Virus record (IMG/VR): IMGVR_UViG_3300027754_000185
Coordinates: 1 to 42,228 of that record
Reading direction: 5' to 3' (one strand)
DNA from: a virus
Lineage: Duplodnaviria; Caudoviricetes
Length of the DNA stretch: 42,228 nt
The notes beneath the pieces were generated by a model. That model made no database searches. It saw nothing but the letters and a program-made list of their open reading frames with translations, and had not been told where the DNA came from. The stretch's first letter is position 1; each line of letters starts with the position of its first letter. The translations under genes and the position numbers were made by a program. Shown piece by piece: positions 36,442-42,228 of the stretch.

Positions 36442-36806
36442 TTTTTGGAAATTAATTGATTTTTCCAAGAAATGTCCAAAAACATGATGTACATTAACTG
36501 TATTGGATGTTTCGGTTACCCGAACCATCCCACAATGTTTTGCAACACAACACAGTCCGTGTTAGCAAAACATAAGACACAGCAACATCTGTGTTTAACT
36601 CCGAATACCCATGTGCTTGCTATAGAGGGATCAGTGCCTTCTGTGAAGGGATCAGTGCCTGCTCAGTGGTTATCAGTGCTTGCTAAGTGGGGGTCAGAGA
36701 TTTCAGGAGTCATCTGCATTGGGTTGATAAGCGGTATGTGGTTGCTAAGGCTTTGCGCTCTAGGAATGGCTTTGCTGGCGCAAAGCCCTGCACGGGGTGT
36801 AAAAAA

Positions 36807-38303
36807 ATGACCTTGTTGACAAGACAAGAAATCAATGACTACATGTCAGTGGTTGAGAAGGTTCCCATTGCAGAACAAAAGAAGATAGCTGCTCTTCTTG
36901 AGATGGATAGAGTGGAGAGGTGCAAGGATTCTTTCTTGTTCTTTGTAGGTCAGATGTGGCCTGTGTTTATTTCAGGTAAGCATCATCAGATCATGGCAGA
37001 TGCTTTTGAGAGAGTTGCAGATGGTTCTCTCAAGAGATTAATCATCAACATGGCTCCAAGGCATACCAAGTCTGAGTTTGCCTCTTATCTTTTACCGTCT
37101 TGGTTCTTAGGTAAGTTTCCAGAGAAGAAGATTATTCAGACCGCTCACACCGCAGAACTTGCTGTTGGGTTTGGTAGGAAGGTGAGGAACCTTGTTTCTT
37201 CAGATAATTTCTCAAAGGTTTTTGATCTAAAACTTTCCTCAGATTCAAAAGCTGCTGGTAGGTGGAACACCAACAAGGGCGGGGATTATTTTGCTATCGG
37301 AGTTGGTGGTGCTGTGACAGGTAAAGGTGCTGATTTGTTGATCATTGATGATCCTCATTCAGAGCAAGAAGCAAAGCAGGGCAACCCTGCTGTGTATGAC
37401 AATGTTTATGAGTGGTACACCTCCGGGCCAAGGCAAAGGCTTCAACCGGGCGGGGCTATCATCATAGTGATGACTCGGTGGTCAAAGAAAGATTTGACCG
37501 GGCAGATTATCAAAAATGCAGAAAAGAGCGGGGTTGATGATTGGGAGGTCATTGAGTTTCCTGCCATCATGCCTTCTGGGACTCCCATATGGCCTGCATT
37601 CTGGTCAAAGAAAGAACTGGAAGCTATCAAGGCTGAGATTCCTGTATCTAAGTGGGAAGCTCAGTATCAGCAGAATCCCACATCAGAAGAAGGGGCTATC
37701 ATCAAGAGGAACATGTGGAGCATCTGGGAGCCTGAGAAACCCCCTGAGTGTGAGTATGTGATTCAGTCTTGGGATACAGCTTTTGAAAAATCAAACAGGG
37801 CAGATTACAGTGCATGTACAACATGGGGTGTGTTTTACAAGCTGGATAAAGATGGTAAGCAAGCTCCTAATATCATTTGTCTAGATGCGTTTAAACGCAG
37901 GCTAGAGTTTCCTGAACTTAAAGAGAAGGCGTTAGAGCTTTGGAAAGAATGGAACCCTGATTCTTTGATCATTGAGAAGAAAGCTGCTGGTGCTCCTTTG
38001 ATTTACGAATTGCGGAAAATTGGTATTCCGCTTTCGGAGTACACACCGGGTAAGGGGCATGACAAGATTGCTCGTGTAAACTCTATTTCAGATCTGTTTG
38101 CTTCAGGGATTGTCTGGTGTCCAGACACAAGATGGGCAGATGAGTTGATGGATGAAATGGCATCTTTTCCAAATGGTGATAATGATGACCTTGTAGATTC
38201 GACTAGTCAGGCGTTGATCAGGTTTAGACAAGGTGGTTTTATTTCGATTGATTCTGATGAAAAAGATGAGTATGAATTTAGGCGCAAAGTGGAATTTTAT
38301 TGA
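36807..38303 (+). CDS. terL: Terminase large subunit
   Basis: INMAPRHTKSE, LLIIDDP, MTRW, QYQQNP, nuclease SWDTA and DDLVDS. ATG at 36807. Confidence 0.95.
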   Translation: MTLLTRQEINDYMSVVEKVPIAEQKKIAALLEMDRVERCKDSFLFFVGQMWPVFISGKHHQIMADAFERVADGSLKRLIINMAPRHTKSEFASYLLPSWFLGKFPEKKIIQTAHTAELAVGFGRKVRNLVSSDNFSKVFDLKLSSDSKAAGRWNTNKGGDYFAIGVGGAVTGKGADLLIIDDPHSEQEAKQGNPAVYDNVYEWYTSGPRQRLQPGGAIIIVMTRWSKKDLTGQIIKNAEKSGVDDWEVIEFPAIMPSGTPIWPAFWSKKELEAIKAEIPVSKWEAQYQQNPTSEEGAIIKRNMWSIWEPEKPPECEYVIQSWDTAFEKSNRADYSACTTWGVFYKLDKDGKQAPNIICLDAFKRRLEFPELKEKALELWKEWNPDSLIIEKKAAGAPLIYELRKIGIPLSEYTPGKGHDKIARVNSISDLFASGIVWCPDTRWADELMDEMASFPNGDNDDLVDSTSQALIRFRQGGFISIDSDEKDEYEFRRKVEFY

Positions 38304-38311
38304 AAGAACAT

Positions 38312-40861
38312 ATGGCAACCAACATTGATAAATCGTTGTACCAAGCCCCTATGGGTTTGGATGACATGGGTGATGAGGCAATTGAGATAGAGATTGTTGA
38401 CCCGGAGTCAGTGAAGATTGGTATAGGGGGCATAGAGATTGAGATTGATCCTGATGCAGAAGATGATGAAGATTTTTCTGGAAATCTTGCAGAGGAAATG
38501 TCTGAAGGGGCCATGCAGACCCTTAGTTCTGACTTAACTTCAGAAATAGATAATGACAAGGCAGGACGCAAGGATTGGGAGAAAGCCTACACAGAAGGCT
38601 TGAAACTGTTGGGCCTACAGTATGAAGAGCGCACAGAGCCTTGGAACGGTGCTTGTGGCGTATTTCATCCCATGATCACAGAGGCAGTGGTCAGGTTTCA
38701 ATCAGAGACTATCACCGAAACCTTCCCTGCTGCTGGCCCAGTAAAGACCAAGATTATTGGTAAAGAGACTAAGGAGAAGAAGGAATCAGCAGTTCGTGTT
38801 CAGGCAGACATGAATTATCAATTGACTGAGAAAATGGTTGAGTTCAGGGCAGAGCATGAGAGGATGCTGTGGAGCCTACCAGCTACAGGCTCGGCGTTCA
38901 AGAAGGTTTATTACGACCCAAGCCTTGGCAGGCAGATATCCATATTTATCCCGGCAGAAGATATCTTGTTGCCTTATGGGGCATCGGACATACAGTCTTG
39001 TTACCGTGTAACCCATGTGATGCACAAGACCAAGAATGAAATATTGAAGCTGCAAGCCGCTGGGTTTTACCGGGAATGTGACATTGGTGATCCAACCAAA
39101 GAGACCACCGACATTGAGAAAGCCAAGGACAAAGAGACCGGGTTCAGTGATTTAAACGATGACCGGTTCACCTTGTATGAGATTCATGCAGACCTTGATT
39201 TAAAGGGGTTTGAGGACACCGACAAAGACGGTGATGAAACCGGGATCATGCTACCGTATGTTGTAACCTTAATAAAAGGTACAGGAGAAGTTTTGGCGAT
39301 TCGCCGCAACTGGGAAGAAGATGACGACCTCCGACTTAAACGACAACACTTCGTTCACTACCAATACATCCCGGGTTTTGGGGCTTACGGCTTCGGCCTT
39401 TTCCACCTCATCGGTGGGTTTGCGAAGTCGGCTACCAGCATTATGCGACAGCTTGTGGACTCAGGAACACTGTCCAACTTGCCGGGTGGTCTCAAGACCA
39501 GAGGACTCCGAATCAAGGGAGATGACACCCCCATTGCCCCCGGTGAGTTCAGAGATGTAGATATTGGCTCTGGGGTGATGAGGGACAACATTATGATGTT
39601 GCCCTACAAGGAACCAAGCCAAGTTCTCTACACCTTGCTGGGAAATATTGTTGAGGAAGGCCGTAGATTTGCCGCCACCGCAGATTTAAAAATCAGCGAT
39701 ATGTCCGGACAGTCTCCGGTAGGAACAACGCTGGCATTGCTGGAGCGCCAACTCAAGGTGATGACCGCAGTGCAGGCTAGGGTTCATGCGGCGTTTAAAC
39801 AAGAACTCAAGCTGCTGGCCCGGATCATTGCCGACTACACCGACCCTGACTATACCTATGAGCCTGAAATTGGGGACAGGAAAGCCAAGAAGGAAGACTA
39901 CGACGATGTAGATGTGATTCCGGTCAGTGATCCCAATGCAGCCACCATGAGCCAGCGGGTTGTCCAGTACCAAGCTGTGATTCAGATGGCGCAGATGGCC
40001 CCGGATATTTATGACTTGCCTCAGTTGCACCGCAACATGCTGGAGGTTTTGGGGATTAAGAATGCAGAGAAATTGGTTCCCTTGCCTGATGATCAGAAAC
40101 CAACAGACCCGGTAACTGAGAACATGATGATTATCAAAGGAGAGCCGGTCAAGGCGTTCTCCTATCAGGATCAGAAATCGCACATTGGCGTCCACATGGC
40201 AATGATGCAAGACCCCTCAGTGACGCAATTGATTGGGCAGAACCCCAAGGCTCCTCTTATCCAAGCAGCCATGATGGCTCACATTGCAGAGCATGTTGGG
40301 TTCCAGTATCGACAGCAGATTGAGCAGCAGCTAGGAATGCCGTTGCCACCACAAGATGAGAAGTTGCCACCCGAAGTTGAGACTGCTCTATCTGGAATGA
40401 TGGCCCAAGCTGCTCAACAGGTCTTGCAACAAAATCAAGCACAGGCTGCTCAACAACAAGCACAGCAAAATCAACAAGACCCGTTGATTCAAATGCAGCA
40501 GATGGAGCTTCAGATTAAGCAGCAGGAGTTGCAAATCAAAGCGCAAGACTCCCAAATGAAGAATCAGCTTGCTATGCAGCAGCTACAAGCTAAGAACCAG
40601 CAAATGGCTCAACAAGCCGCTATGCAAGAAAAGAAATTACTAGTTGATGCCACAACACAAGCTGACAAGCTCAAACTGGAGCAGCAGAAAGCTCAGTTGC
40701 AGAGCCAGCTTGCAGGGTTGAAAGTTGGGGCGCAGATACAGGACAGCAAAGCAAAACTGTCAGCGCAACAACAAGAAGCTGGCGTCAGGATGGGTATTGA
40801 TGTTGCCAAGAGCAAGGCACAAGCCATGCAACAACCAAAAACACCGAAAGAACCAAAATGA
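38312..40861 (+). CDS. Portal protein with long Gln-rich C-terminal barrel (P22-like podovirus type)
   Basis: Follows terL. HPMITEAVVRFQ, GSAFKKVYYD, GTTLALLE, Q-rich coiled-coil tail. Confidence 0.85.
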   Translation: MATNIDKSLYQAPMGLDDMGDEAIEIEIVDPESVKIGIGGIEIEIDPDAEDDEDFSGNLAEEMSEGAMQTLSSDLTSEIDNDKAGRKDWEKAYTEGLKLLGLQYEERTEPWNGACGVFHPMITEAVVRFQSETITETFPAAGPVKTKIIGKETKEKKESAVRVQADMNYQLTEKMVEFRAEHERMLWSLPATGSAFKKVYYDPSLGRQISIFIPAEDILLPYGASDIQSCYRVTHVMHKTKNEILKLQAAGFYRECDIGDPTKETTDIEKAKDKETGFSDLNDDRFTLYEIHADLDLKGFEDTDKDGDETGIMLPYVVTLIKGTGEVLAIRRNWEEDDDLRLKRQHFVHYQYIPGFGAYGFGLFHLIGGFAKSATSIMRQLVDSGTLSNLPGGLKTRGLRIKGDDTPIAPGEFRDVDIGSGVMRDNIMMLPYKEPSQVLYTLLGNIVEEGRRFAATADLKISDMSGQSPVGTTLALLERQLKVMTAVQARVHAAFKQELKLLARIIADYTDPDYTYEPEIGDRKAKKEDYDDVDVIPVSDPNAATMSQRVVQYQAVIQMAQMAPDIYDLPQLHRNMLEVLGIKNAEKLVPLPDDQKPTDPVTENMMIIKGEPVKAFSYQDQKSHIGVHMAMMQDPSVTQLIGQNPKAPLIQAAMMAHIAEHVGFQYRQQIEQQLGMPLPPQDEKLPPEVETALSGMMAQAAQQVLQQNQAQAAQQQAQQNQQDPLIQMQQMELQIKQQELQIKAQDSQMKNQLAMQQLQAKNQQMAQQAAMQEKKLLVDATTQADKLKLEQQKAQLQSQLAGLKVGAQIQDSKAKLSAQQQEAGVRMGIDVAKSKAQAMQQPKTPKEPK

Positions 40862-41052
40862 TCCAAAATTTTGTGCGGGTACTGCGCGAAAAGATTCGTA
40901 CCGACATGAACAACTACGCCGATGACTTGGCTGGGGGTGCTTGTCGCAATTTCGAAGAGTACCAAAAACTCTGCGGGACTATTCAGGGTCTAGCTCTCGC
41001 AGAGCGTTATCTAATTGACCTTGCTGACAAAGCAGAAAGAGCCGATGAGTAA
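40858..41052 (+). CDS. Small conserved head-region protein
   Basis: 64 aa, EEYQKLCGTIQGL, coupled to the portal stop. Confidence 0.75.
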   Translation: MIQNFVRVLREKIRTDMNNYADDLAGGACRNFEEYQKLCGTIQGLALAERYLIDLADKAERADE

Positions 41053-41473
41053 TCTGATTCTTCCACCCGGCATTAGTTTGCCAAAAACTATCCGACCTAG
41101 GGAAAACCCTAATGAAGATGCGTCCCAAGAAGAGAAAGCCACACAGTTGCCCGACCCCACAGGTTGGAAATTGTTGTGCGTTGTGCCTGATGTAGAAAAA
41201 ACCTTTGAGAATTCCAGCATTGTCAAAGCCGATCCCTACATGCGACAAGAGGAACACGCCACCACCGTGCTCTTTGTTGTAAAAATTGGCCCTGATGCGT
41301 ACAAAGATCAGACCAAGTTCCCCGGTGGTGCGTGGTGTAAGGCTGGAGATTTTGTTTTGGTCAGGACGTATTCTGGTACGCGCTTCAAAATCTACGGCAA
41401 AGAGTTCCGTTTACTAAATGATGACCAAGTAGACGCTGTTGTTCAGGATCCGCGCGGTCTATCGCGTGCATAA
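41045..41473 (+). CDS. groES: GroES-like co-chaperonin
   Basis: P.GWKLL...VVKIGPDAY...WCKAGDFVL...YSGTRFKIYGKEFRLLNDDQV.AVV. Confidence 0.85.
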   Translation: MSNLILPPGISLPKTIRPRENPNEDASQEEKATQLPDPTGWKLLCVVPDVEKTFENSSIVKADPYMRQEEHATTVLFVVKIGPDAYKDQTKFPGGAWCKAGDFVLVRTYSGTRFKIYGKEFRLLNDDQVDAVVQDPRGLSRA

Positions 41474-41483
41474 GGAGTAAAAA

Positions 41484-42228
41484 ATGGCTGAAAAGTTTGA
41501 ATTTCCTGATGAAATTGCAGCGAAAGCTGATGAAAAAGAGCTTGAGGTTGAAATTGAGGTTGTAGATGACACCCCAGCCCAAGACAGGGGCCGACAAGCC
41601 CTTGACCGACCTGTTGAAGACCCCACGGATGAGGAAATTAACTCATATTCGGACAAAGTAAAGGGTAGGATCAAGGAATTGACCCATGCCCGACATGATG
41701 AACGCCGTGCTAAAGAGTCTACAATCCGCGAAAAGCAGGAGCTTGAGAATCTTGCCCAGCAACTGCTGGATGAGAACCGGCAACTGAAAGAATATGCCAA
41801 TACTGGGGCCAAACAGTATGCAGAAACCGTAAAACAGGCGGTTGGCGGTGAACTTGAGACTGCAAGGCGTAACTACAAGGCAGCACAGGAGGCTTTTGAT
41901 ACTGATGCTATTATTGCGGCACAGGAAGCCTTGACAGATGCCAAGCTGAGAATGATTTCAGCAGAAAATTTTAGACCGGCCCCTTTACAAACGGCTTCAG
42001 ATAATGTACAAATACGGAAATCGGAACCTGTAGCGGTAGAACCTGATGACAAAACCTTGCGCTGGCAAGCAAAAAACCAGTGGTTTGGCGCTCCGGGGAA
42101 CGAAGAACTAACCAGCTTTTCACTAGGGCTGCACCAAAAACTAGTGAATTCGGGGGTAGACCCCCGCTCGGATGAGTATTTTGAACGTATTGATGCCCGG
42201 ATGCGGAGCACCTTCCCAGAATCATTTG
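41484..42228 (+). CDS. Probable capsid scaffolding protein, 3'-truncated
   Basis: SD TAAGGAG. Open to the window end: MAEKFEFPDE...YSDKVKGRIKELT...W..KNQWFG...GVDPRSDEYF. Acidic/coiled-coil. Absent from the ORF track because it has no stop. Confidence 0.7.
   Translation, partial: MAEKFEFPDEIAAKADEKELEVEIEVVDDTPAQDRGRQALDRPVEDPTDEEINSYSDKVKGRIKELTHARHDERRAKESTIREKQELENLAQQLLDENRQLKEYANTGAKQYAETVKQAVGGELETARRNYKAAQEAFDTDAIIAAQEALTDAKLRMISAENFRPAPLQTASDNVQIRKSEPVAVEPDDKTLRWQAKNQWFGAPGNEELTSFSLGLHQKLVNSGVDPRSDEYFERIDARMRSTFPESF

Noticed and set aside
36472-36810. 112-aa ORF before terL and the 36687 extension of terL
   Set aside because: No SD, repeat-derived sequence and no recognisable motif. 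Treated as non-coding, though not excluded.

Overview
The whole window is one arc of a tailed dsDNA phage genome with podovirus-like organisation. It is cut inside a virion gene at the left end and inside the probable scaffold gene at the right end. Order: (1) 1-17556 (+) virion/ejection proteins, including a lytic-transglycosylase protein and a ~3300-aa polyvalent protein (HExxH peptidase, HhH-glycosylase-like, GNAT-like, three ART-like modules, LPD38-like C-terminus). (2) 17549-24146 (-) exonuclease, Sak-like annealase, regulators and a run of translationally coupled mini-genes. (3) 24161-27870 (+) RusA, HNH and a T7 gp4-like primase-helicase. (4) 28022-34621 (-) early-type genes with a MoxR-AAA/VWA pair. 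(5) 34700-36800 regulatory/packaging region with terS and a LexA-type HTH. (6) 36807-end (+) terL, portal, GroES and scaffold. No polymerase, integrase, ribonucleotide reductase, tRNA or CRISPR was seen in the window. Best leads: a ~10-unit mini-gene array whose junctions share one RBS/stop/start sequence (18687-20920); two SD-led small genes nested in the +1 frame of the giant protein (12326-12694); at least 22 copies of the palindrome GTTTAAAC; and clustered DnaA boxes plus tandem NrdR-like boxes around terS. All family assignments come from motif recognition by eye, not database searches.
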